DNA from: Naegleria gruberi
Taxonomy: Eukaryota
DNA length: 34,929 bases
Reading direction: 5' to 3' (one strand)
NCBI GenBank assembly: GCA_000004985.1
Contig: GG738946.1
Position numbers and translations under genes: made by a program. Below the pieces are notes generated by a model that saw only the letters and a list, made by a program, of their open reading frames with translations, was not told where the DNA came from and did no database searches. Position 1 is the stretch's first letter. Each line of letters opens with the position of its first letter. Positions 21,519-31,126 of this stretch are shown piece after piece.

Positions 21519-23076
21519 GTAATATATCATATAATGAAGATGGATTTGAACAAGTTAAAGAACATGTAACAAATTGTTATATAAATAATTCTAATAATTC
21601 AAATGATAATCAAATTAAAGAATTTATTAAAGCACTTGCATTATGTCATAATGTTACACCTATCATACAATCTAATAATAATATGAATAATATGAATAAT
21701 AGTATAGATGATAATTTAGATGATTTAAATAATATAAATAATAATATAAATATAGAAAGAGAATATCAAGGATCATCACCTGATGAAATAGCACTTGTTA
21801 AATTTGCAGAACAAAGTGGATTAATATTAGAAAATAGAACATTAACACAAATGACATTACGTAATCCAAATAATGAATTTGAAAATTATGAAATTTTAAA
21901 TATATTTCCATTTACAAGTTCATCTAAACGTATGGGTATTATAATTAAAAGAAAATTTAATAATAATTTAAATAATAATAATAATATAAATAATAATATA
22001 AATAATATAAATAATATAAATAATATAAATGAAGAAATAATATATTATTGTAAAGGAGCAGATTCAATAATGAAAAAATTAATAAAAACATCACAATTAG
22101 AATGGTTAGATGAAGAAGCAGATAATATGGCAAGAGAAGGATTACGTACACTTGTATTTGGATATAAAAAATTAAGTAAAATAGAATATTTAGAATTTAT
22201 AAATGAATATAAAAAAGCAACATCATTAATTAATGATAGAATTATAGAAATTGATAGAATTAAAAATAAATATTTAGATTCAGGTGATTTAAATATAATA
22301 GGAATATCAGGAGTTGAAGATTTATTACAAGAAAATGTACAACAATCTTTAGAACAATTAAGAAATGCTGGAATTAAAATTTGGATGTTAACTGGTGATA
22401 AAGTTGAAACTGCTATTTGTATTAGTAGATCTACTAAATTAGTTTCAAGAAATCAACAAATATTTCAAATCATTTCTTTAGATTTAAATAATATTAATAA
22501 TTTATTAGATGAATTTAATCAATTAAATGATTTTAATCAATTTAATTTTAATTCAAATAATTCAAATAATAATTTTAATAATTCAAATAATTTTAATAAT
22601 AATTTAAATTTAAATAATACAATTAATTGTGGATTAATTATAGATGGAGATACATTACAAATAGCATTAGATAAATTAGGAGATAAATTTATAAAAATAG
22701 CATGTAAAGCAACATCAGTTATTTGTTGTAGATGTTCACCAACACAAAAAGCTCAAGTAGTTTCACTTGTTAAAAAATTAACTAGAAAACAAACAGCAGC
22801 AATAGGAGATGGTGGTAATGATGTATCAATGATATTAAATGCTAATGTTGGTATTGGTATTGTTGGTAAAGAAGGTAAACATGCTTCATTAGCTGCTGAT
22901 TTTTCAATTAATCAATTTTCATATTGTACTGATTTAATTTTATGGCATGGTAGAAATTCTTATAAGAGATCAGCTGCTTTATCTCAATTTATTATACATA
23001 GAGGTTTAATTATATCTGTTATACAAGCTATATTTAGTTCAATGTTTTATTTTTCTACTATTGCTATTTTTACTGG
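21519..23076 (+). CDS. P4-ATPase homolog exon (N-domain and P-domain)
   Basis: Contains LALCHNV, SPDEIALVKFAEQSG, FTSSSKRMGIIIKRK, CKGADS, EGLRTLVFGYK, TGDKVETAICI, IIDGDTL, VICCRCSPTQKAQVV, AIGDGGNDVSMILNANVGIGIVGKEG and LWHGRNSYKRS. The frame is open from the acceptor tttag at 21518 to a GTATGT donor at 23077. Confidence 0.8.
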
Positions 23077-23176
23077 GTATGTTTTTTTTATTATTTATTT
23101 AATATTTACAATTTTTTTATTATTTATTTAATTTTATAATTTAATTTTATTATTTATTATTTTAATTTTATAATAG

Positions 23177-23699
23177 ATGGCTACTTGTTGGATATGCAAC
23201 ATATTATACTAATTTTTCAGTATTTTCATTAATTTTAGACGAAGATGTTAAAAGAAGTACAGTTTATTTATTTCCAGAATTATATAAAGAATTACAAAAA
23301 GGAAGAGTTTTATCATTTAAAACATTTTTAATTTGGTGTTTAAAAGCAACCTATCAAGGTGGTATTATAATGATATTAGCAATATTTTTATTTGAAAATA
23401 ATTTTTTAAGAATTCAAACAATTTCATTTACTGCTTTAATTTTAACAGAAGTTGTAATGGTTTCTATTGAAGTACATCGTAAATTTAATCCTTTAATTAT
23501 TTTATCTGAAATTTTATCAATTTCTATTTATATTGGTTCAATGTTTTTATTACCTTCCTACTTTGATTTACCTTTTATTATGACTTTTGATTTTTGGTGG
23601 AAATCTATTGTCATTACCATTGCTTCAACTTCTGTTGTTGCCATTTTCAAGATTATTTATTCAAGAATTAATCCACCTGTTTGGTCAAAATTGAATTAA
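23177..23699 (+). CDS. P4-ATPase homolog, terminal exon (C-terminal TM helices)
   Basis: Follows a 100-nt intron (23077-23176, taatag). FPELYKELQKGRVLSFKTFLIW and several TM helices. Stop TAA 23697-23699. Confidence 0.75.
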
Positions 23700-23738
23700 T
23701 TATTTATTTAATATTTTTTATAATTTTACAATAAAATT

Positions 23739-25646
23739 TTATCTTCTATTATTTCCATATTGTTGTTGCTGATGTTGCTGATGATGAGAAGAAGAAGAAG
23801 CAGTACGTGATGAATTATTAGCAACCATTGGAACAGGAGGTGGAGGTTGTCTAGTACTACTGCTGCTGCTATTATTATTGATTGAATTTGGTAAATGTTG
23901 TTCACAAATGAGACATAACATTCTTACAATATCTAAAAATTCCTTTAAATAATTTACCAAATCAAATAAACGTGATTTAGATTGAAAAATAACTCTTGTA
24001 TCACATTCAACTTCAATTTCAAAAGTAGATAATTTTGTAGATTCAATAATTTCACCATTCTTATGACAATTAAAAGATTCAACACTTGTTAAATCAATTC
24101 TACAAATACCAAAAGTGTATGAAATTCTTGATTTTCTTCTAATTTTCTTTGGTTTATCAACATTTAAATCTGGAAATCTATCAATTTTCTTTTCTCTTCT
24201 AAATGAAATTCTAAAATCATGAACTCTGTGTGGACATGAAAAATCAATATCACCATTTTCAAGTCTTGATTTTATCATTGCACGTATTGGTTTATCAGTT
24301 TCAGTATCAAATGTAACTCTAATATCACGATGATCTAATTCACCTTCTTCATTTCTAACATCATCTTCTGAAGGTGGTAAATAATATTCATAAAATTTAT
24401 CAGTTTCATTACATCTACCATAGGTTATTATTGGTCCATTATATTGTTTCTTCTTTTTTAAATCTTGTAATGAACTATATCTTTCATTTAATAAATTATT
24501 TACATATTTAAATATTTCAGGTGGAATTCTTGATTGAAATTCACAATCTTTAGATCTATGAACTATTACTTCTGATAATAAATGACTTCCATTTGTTAAT
24601 TGTGGTATCATTCTTTGTTTACGATCTTTAACTATTAAATATCCAACTTTACCTTCCAATTCTATATTATCAGTTTCAGAAAGTGAAAATATAAATTGTC
24701 CTAATTTTCTAATACTTTCATCATACATTAAATCATTTCCAAATAATGCATTAGCTGCACTTGTAAATGGACCATATATATTTAATACAGGTGGTAATGT
24801 TGTATTAATTGTTGTATTGGTTGTTGTTGTTGATGATGATGAGTTATTGTTATTAGTATTACTAGTATTATTATTATTATTGGATTGTACATTGGAGGCT
24901 TGATCAGAATTATTAGATTGATCCTTCTTTGATTTTTTAGGCTTTGGTTGTTTCTTAGGCTTCTTTTCCTTTGTTTGTTGTTCTTTAGATGAAGAAGTGC
25001 TGGTGTTGGTGTTGGTAATATTGGATGAAGCTAATGAATTTGCTATTGAAGGTTGTGGTGGTGGAGGTACATTCATCTTTGGAAGAGGTGGTGGAGGTTG
25101 TTTAGAATATTGTTGTTGAGTTGGCATAAATTGAGGTAAAGCAGGAGCAGTAGCACTTCTTAAATTGTTTTGTGGAATTTGTTTACTTGTTGGTGGAGGT
25201 GGAAATGAATGAATTTCTTCAGATTCCTCTTCTTCCTCTTCTTCCTCCTCTTCATCCTCATCTTGTTCTTCTCTTGTTCTTTTAAATTGTGTTGTTGTTG
25301 TTGTTGGTTGAGTATTGAATGGTAATGATCCAAATGCTGATGGTGCAAATCCACCTAATTTACCTGTTGCAGCAGATGTTGTTGAAGAAGGCATCAAGGC
25401 ATTAGAATACATTGGTGGTGGAAATAGTGAAGCTCCATGAGGTGGTGGTAAACCACCAGGTGTTGAGCCTTGTTGAGATGTTGGTTGATATTTACTAGTA
25501 AATGAAGTGAGTGGTGGTATTGTACCTGGATAGAATAGATTTGGTTGTAGACTAGGATATTGTCCTCCTGATGATACTCCTGGTAAACCTGGTGGTGCTA
25601 AACCTCCATACAATTGATGATGAGGTGGTGGAGGTGGATTATTCAT
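23739..25646 (-). CDS. Protein with a C-terminal Cet1-like RNA 5'-triphosphatase (triphosphate tunnel metalloenzyme) domain and a Pro/Gln/Ser-rich acidic N-terminal half
   Basis: NIELEGKVGYLIV matches the TTM motif A (E-x-E-x-K-x-G). RKSRISYTFGICRIDLTSV and the C-terminal STFEIEVECD (alternating Glu beta-strand) resemble Cet1/Prt1-type triphosphatases. A single open frame from ATG 25646 to a stop at 23739. Confidence 0.55.
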   Translation of the reverse strand: MNNPPPPPHHQLYGGLAPPGLPGVSSGGQYPSLQPNLFYPGTIPPLTSFTSKYQPTSQQGSTPGGLPPPHGASLFPPPMYSNALMPSSTTSAATGKLGGFAPSAFGSLPFNTQPTTTTTQFKRTREEQDEDEEEEEEEEEESEEIHSFPPPPTSKQIPQNNLRSATAPALPQFMPTQQQYSKQPPPPLPKMNVPPPPQPSIANSLASSNITNTNTSTSSSKEQQTKEKKPKKQPKPKKSKKDQSNNSDQASNVQSNNNNNTSNTNNNNSSSSTTTTNTTINTTLPPVLNIYGPFTSAANALFGNDLMYDESIRKLGQFIFSLSETDNIELEGKVGYLIVKDRKQRMIPQLTNGSHLLSEVIVHRSKDCEFQSRIPPEIFKYVNNLLNERYSSLQDLKKKKQYNGPIITYGRCNETDKFYEYYLPPSEDDVRNEEGELDHRDIRVTFDTETDKPIRAMIKSRLENGDIDFSCPHRVHDFRISFRREKKIDRFPDLNVDKPKKIRRKSRISYTFGICRIDLTSVESFNCHKNGEIIESTKLSTFEIEVECDTRVIFQSKSRLFDLVNYLKEFLDIVRMLCLICEQHLPNSINNNSSSSSTRQPPPPVPMVANNSSRTASSSSHHQQHQQQQYGNNRR

Positions 25647-26012
25647 TTGTTATTATTATTGTTGTTGTTGTTGTATTTATAATAGTAGTAATGTAATATA
25701 TATGATTGATCAATTGTTTTTATCCACAAAATTTAATGTAAATGATGACGAGTGTTGAATGATGATCAAGAGAACACAGTGTAAGATCCTCCTTGCTTTT
25801 TTTTGAAATTAAAATAAAATTAATTAGAAATTTTGATTTGTTTTTAGGTGGAATTCTTATCACATAATCAAAGCATTAATATTTGATTTCTATTCTATTT
25901 TACCTGCAATGATTCATAACCTCTTGTTTGTGTAGAATCTTAGTACTTTTTTTCAAAGGTTTGTTTCATTAATCTATTAATAATTTTAAGATTTTAAATA
26001 AGGCTAAAAAAA

Positions 26013-28222
26013 ATGTCAGATGACAATTTATCAGTAGTGAGTGGTAATACTACTCTAATGATCGATGATGAAATACAAGATGAAACTTTAAAGAGTTTTC
26101 TTCAATGTAATTGTAAAACATGTTTAGAAATGTATCATAAATCATCATCTGATGATATTCATTCCATTCATTCTAAGGCTAATTTATCATCAATTCACAA
26201 TCATCATCATCACGAAGCCTCACATAATCATCATCATCTTCACTGTGATGATTTATCTTCTCATCATTTCTCTCATCATCATCATTCCATTCTAGTAGAT
26301 GATCAACAACACAAAAGTGATAGAGATATATTAAGTAATTTAGATGCGTTAACAGTGATGAGTGTTCATACTACACGTTCACATCCAATGTTTCCTTCTA
26401 ATATTTATGATGATTGTTTGAGTGAACAAGATGATATTGAAGAGGGAAGAAGAAGTTTTCATAAATTGACTAATAATTTCAAATTCAATGATGATTTAGA
26501 ATTTAATGATGATGAGGTGGATGATAAGAAAAAGCCTTTTTCAAAAAGTGAAAAAGAAACATTTGATGAATTTGATTCAGAGAAGAAACTAGACGAATCA
26601 TTGAATACAACAAGGAGGAGAACTATTCAACATGTTGAAGATGATTTTATGAATATTGATAATGAAGAAGAAACAATTGAAAGAGTTGAAGAAGAAATGG
26701 AATTAATTATTGATGATAATATTGAGGAAGAAGAACCTGTGAAAGAGGAAGAAGAAATATGTTTAGAATTTGAAGATTTAAAAAGTGAATGTAGAAATGA
26801 AACTGTCCCAGAATTAGAGTTTGAGGAAGATGAAGAAATAAATAAGAAAGAATGTATTCAACAAGAAGGTCTACAATTCCAAGAAGATGAACTTGTGAAT
26901 GATAACGTATCAACTGGACATGTTGAACAACATGATGAAATTGTAACTTATTTAGATGAAGAGGTGGAGTCTATTGTTGGTGAAGAGTGCAAACTAGCAA
27001 ATAATTACGATGATGAAGAACAATTAAACGCTAGTGAATTAGATACGAAAGAGGAACAATTGATTGTACAATCTCCAATCATTGAAATAGATCAATATGA
27101 AGGTGATGAAATAGAAAATCAAACTCTCGTTGATACTAATCAAGATTTGATTGAGACTAATGTTCTAGAAACAGTTGTTCAAGATAGGATGGAAGATGAC
27201 GACATTTCCATTGAGATTTCCATTGAAGATTTTCCTGAAATAATTCAACCAATCCAAGATTGTGAAGAAATAATATTGGAAAATAATCAATTTAAAGAGA
27301 AGAGTGAAATTATTGAGTGTTTCATTAATGGATATTTAGAAAGAAGAAGATTCAATGCTAACAGGGAACTGCTAAATAATATTCAAGCAAGATGGAGACA
27401 AAATTCAGTGAAAATGGAAATGAACAAGGTCGTCGAAATGTTTAAAATTATCCAGACATTAGTTCAATCTGCTTTTATTAGAAAAGACATGTTTAAATTG
27501 AAAAATACGATTGAGCCAATGAAAACCATTTGTAAAGGAACCTCTGTAAGAAATGATATGAAGAACAAGTTTGAAATGATTGAAACAATTCAAAGCTTAC
27601 TAAGAGGAGAGATTTATAGAAAATATTTGCAAAATGAAAAGAATAATCAAATGATAACAGATGATTTCTGTTACTCACCAAACACAATGTTTGATAATAT
27701 TCCATCATCTCCTGTACAATTAGAAAAGATTGAACATACAAAAAGAACTGCCATTCAAGTGAGTGAGAGGAATTCAGATGATGAAAGAGTGAAATTCTTT
27801 CCACCTCCACTTCCAAAACCATTCAGACTTTCATCTAAGGAAAATCCACTCAAAAAACCAAAGAAAGAGCCAAAAATTGAAAAGGAGCTAGTAATTTATA
27901 ATTCTAAACCAATTCAAAACTATGGGAAGATTTCAATGATTAGACATGAAATTAAGAGAAAGAATGATGAATTTTATTTTGATCAAATTGAGGAAACACG
28001 AGATGAAGAAGCTAAACAATTGAATACAAATGAAGAAGAGGAAGAACCAATTATAGTTATTCAACCCAAGAAGAAAATGAAAATGTCCAAACCTTCACAA
28101 TCCTCAACCCCAATATTTAAAAGATTGGATTTAACTGATGATGAAATTGATCAGTTAATATTACAAAAAGACAAACTCTTTAAATTGGAAGGAGAAACCA
28201 AGATTTTAAAAGAAAAAGAAGA
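26013..28222 (+). CDS. Acidic, His-rich protein with IQ calmodulin-binding motifs, exon 1
   Basis: aaaaaaaATG start. Poly-H/E-D-rich sequence. IQ motifs IQSLLRGEIYRKYL, IQARWRQNSVK and IQTLVQSAFIRK. The frame ends at a GTAAGT donor at 28223 (an in-frame TAA lies inside the donor). Confidence 0.65.
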
Positions 28223-28277
28223 GTAAGTTTTACAATATTTGAAATATTACAACCTTTGTATTTTAATATTTCTCTAG

Positions 28278-28434
28278 AGAATTGAAGGAAATGAACAAGA
28301 CTAAAATTGATAAATTCCATGAATATAACAAGATTAAAGATTTGGGACAATTTCTAGTAGAAAAATTATCAACCATTGAAAATAGAACCATTTCACAAAT
28401 ATATGAAGATTATTCTCTTAATGAAAATGATTAA
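28278..28434 (+). CDS. IQ-motif protein, putative terminal exon after a 55-nt intron
   Basis: GTAAGT...tctctag intron (28223-28277). A 52-codon open frame (ELKEMNKTKIDKFHEYNKIKDLGQFLVEKLSTIENRTISQIYEDYSLNEND*) in AT-rich DNA, in phase with exon 1. Confidence 0.45.
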
Positions 28435-28436
28435 AA

Positions 28437-30821
28437 TTACATATTTAATTTCTTTAACATATTTTGTTTTGCTCTTTCCTTAATTGATAAAGCTCTATTT
28501 GTTACATTTGAAGAATTAGAATTGACATTTGAATTGATTGTAATATTTGTTGCTTGTGTTGTTGGTGTTGAATTAAAAAAGCTTGTATTAATTTGTGATA
28601 AATTCATTGAAATGTTTGAAATATTTGATTGATTCAATGAATGTGGAATTGCAGAAATATTCAATGTTGAATTATTATTATTATAATTATTTTTAGTATT
28701 ATTATTACTAGAATTAGATGATGAACTTGAAGTTGTACTCAATGTGGGTGAAACTTGTTGATTGGATGAATTATTATTAGAGTTAATACCATTATTTTGA
28801 GGAGTTGTAATTAATTCTTTTGGTGGTGTAATACTTTGTTTACAAGGTGGTGTTGGTGGTGCAGTATTTGAATCAATTAATACCTGTAATTTTTGTAAAG
28901 TAATTGTTGATGCTTTTTCCATTAATGAAGGTAATTCAACTTTAACTGTTTCAATTGGTGGAGAGGATAATTCTTCATCATCTTCTTTATTCAATAATAA
29001 ATTATTAAATGTATTACTATTTGTATTAATGATAGCATTATTGATATTTATAGTATTCTTTTTCTGTTGTGATAAAATAGATTGATAATTTGATAAAAAT
29101 GAATCTTCTTGATTTAAATCAAATTTATCTTGTTCTAATTGTAATGCTCTTGATTGTTGTCTATTTCTGACTTGTCGTTCAAAATTTTTAACTTCCATTA
29201 ATTTTAATGAGTTTTTATCCTTTTCAAGACTTTTAGAAATATTTTCAAATAAATTTGAAGAAATTGAATGTGTTAAATGTTGAACAACAACATCCTCATT
29301 ATCATCACGTATTGGATTTAAATCTTGTTGTTGATATGATTTACTACTATTAGGTGAAGGTATAGTTGGACAACTATCACTTCTTTTACTTCTTGCTTTT
29401 GCAAAATTAGCTAAATTCTTTAGTATTGCTGGATCATTATATATTGTTGTTGTTGTTGTAGTTGGAGTAGTGGAAGTGATAGTTGTTGATTGATTGGTTA
29501 GAGTTGATATTGTAGTATTATTACTATTATTGGATGTAATGTTATTATTAGAATTGTTATTATTGATCAATGTATTATTTGTAATGGTAGTATTACTAAA
29601 TGTTGGAATATTAGTTTTATGTGTTTTTAAATGTTCAATAATATAACTATGTTTCTTTAATAATTCTTCTGCTGATTTTAATTTTTCATCATTTACATTT
29701 TTATCATTGTTATTAATTATATTATTTGTAATATTATTATTTGTATTATTATTATTAGATTGTAAAGATAATTCAAAACTATTATTAATAGATGTATTAC
29801 CATTTATAGAATGTTTATCATCTTCTATTAAAGGAGATGCTAAAGTAGTTGCACCATTAATAAACCAAACATTTGAACATTTATCTAAAATTTCTTCAAA
29901 AATTAAATTTTCTTCATCAAGTGATTTAATTGGATTTCCTCTAAAATCTATATTTGTTAATAATTCCAATTCTAGAACTTGTTTCATATCTTGAAATGTT
30001 TCAATTTCATTTTTTTGTATATTTAAAATTTGTAAACTAAATTTTAATGGTAAAATTCCTTCAATTTTTTTAAGTTTATTATTACTTAAATCTAATACTT
30101 TAATATTACCATATATAGGAATTGAATAATTATTTATATTTGAAATTGAATTATTTTTTAATATTAAAAATTCTAAATTTGGAAATAATCTAACAATATT
30201 AAATAAACTTAATTTTGTTAAATTATTATTACTTAAATTTAAATATTGTAAAAATTGAATTGGATTATTTAATTTTCTGATTGTATCTTCAATTCTATTT
30301 ATATTATTATTTTCTAAATATAAATGACTAATTGAGGTAATTTTTTTTAATACAATATAATTTCTTAATTGTTCATTTAATAATTGAAAACATAATATTA
30401 TTTCATTTGTATTTAAATCTGTTTTAAATAATGAACTTTGATCATCATTATCAAGTATTATATTATTTAAATATAATGTTGTTGAATTTGTTGATGAATT
30501 GTTATTAATAGTTGGAGTAGGAGTAGAAGAATTGTTATGAGTATTAATTGAGGCACTTGATGATATATTAGTATTATTAGATGAATTATTGGATAAAGTA
30601 CGATTATGATGGTTACTAGTATTAAAAGTTGAAATATTTGATGATGATAAGGAATGAGGAAGGCTTGAAGATGATGCTGATTGAAGAAGAGATGAGAAGG
30701 ATGGTGTTATGTTTCCATTATTATTATTATTCAAAATAGATGAAATGGTTGTTGTAGGATAGGGAATTGAATGTGTTGTGTATCCTCTTGATGATGAGGC
30801 TGAATTGGGACGACTTCTCAT
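28437..30821 (-). CDS. Leucine-rich repeat protein with long N/S/T-rich low-complexity regions
   Basis: A single 794-codon frame. LRR units include LYLENNNINRIEDTI, LQYLNLSNNNLTKLSLFNI, LEFLILKNNSISNI, IKVLDLSNNKLKKIEG and LQILNIQKNEIETF. ATG at 30821 and stop at 28437. Confidence 0.7.
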   Translation of the reverse strand: MRSRPNSASSSRGYTTHSIPYPTTTISSILNNNNNGNITPSFSSLLQSASSSSLPHSLSSSNISTFNTSNHHNRTLSNNSSNNTNISSSASINTHNNSSTPTPTINNNSSTNSTTLYLNNIILDNDDQSSLFKTDLNTNEIILCFQLLNEQLRNYIVLKKITSISHLYLENNNINRIEDTIRKLNNPIQFLQYLNLSNNNLTKLSLFNIVRLFPNLEFLILKNNSISNINNYSIPIYGNIKVLDLSNNKLKKIEGILPLKFSLQILNIQKNEIETFQDMKQVLELELLTNIDFRGNPIKSLDEENLIFEEILDKCSNVWFINGATTLASPLIEDDKHSINGNTSINNSFELSLQSNNNNTNNNITNNIINNNDKNVNDEKLKSAEELLKKHSYIIEHLKTHKTNIPTFSNTTITNNTLINNNNSNNNITSNNSNNTTISTLTNQSTTITSTTPTTTTTTIYNDPAILKNLANFAKARSKRSDSCPTIPSPNSSKSYQQQDLNPIRDDNEDVVVQHLTHSISSNLFENISKSLEKDKNSLKLMEVKNFERQVRNRQQSRALQLEQDKFDLNQEDSFLSNYQSILSQQKKNTININNAIINTNSNTFNNLLLNKEDDEELSSPPIETVKVELPSLMEKASTITLQKLQVLIDSNTAPPTPPCKQSITPPKELITTPQNNGINSNNNSSNQQVSPTLSTTSSSSSNSSNNNTKNNYNNNNSTLNISAIPHSLNQSNISNISMNLSQINTSFFNSTPTTQATNITINSNVNSNSSNVTNRALSIKERAKQNMLKKLNM

Positions 30822-30888
30822 GATGATGATGATGAATTTATTAAGAGATTAAATATAAGGCTTTTTTTTGAATGATAAGGTATTTCAA

Positions 30889-30903
30889 TTTTGGCGCCAA
30901 AAA
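30889..30903. promoter_or_regulatory. Palindromic E2F-like site TTTTGGCGCCAAAAA in the divergent LRR/DHFR-TS promoter
   Basis: Perfect palindrome TTTTGGCGCCAAAA seen directly as a GC island in AT-rich DNA. It matches the E2F consensus TTTSGCGC in an inverted-overlapping arrangement. Confidence 0.45.
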
Positions 30904-31051
30904 TATACAGGTTGTTATCTTCTTAGTAAAATTTCACTTTGTGATATTGGAATGAGATGATTTTGTAAAAACACTCCAATCAATTCTCACCTATCTCTCA
31001 ACTGATTAGTGAAAAAGTTGATAAATCGTGGCTAGTCCAATAGAAATTTAA

Positions 31052-31061
31052 GGCGCCAAAA
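31052..31061. promoter_or_regulatory. Second E2F-like half-site GGCGCCAAAA about 70 nt upstream of the DHFR-TS ATG, next to a CCAAT box (31037-31041)
   Basis: aaggcgccaaaatt read directly. agtccaatag lies 15 nt upstream. Confidence 0.4.
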
Positions 31062-31126
31062 TTCAAAAACTATCCGTTAAATATTTTCCCACCATCACAA
31101 ACACTGAAAAAGAACAAAGAAAAAAA

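Noticed and set aside
21957-22151. Minus-strand ORF inside the P4-ATPase N-domain exon
   Set aside because: Antisense to (AATAATATA)n asparagine-rich insert. The plus-strand frame carries the conserved motifs.
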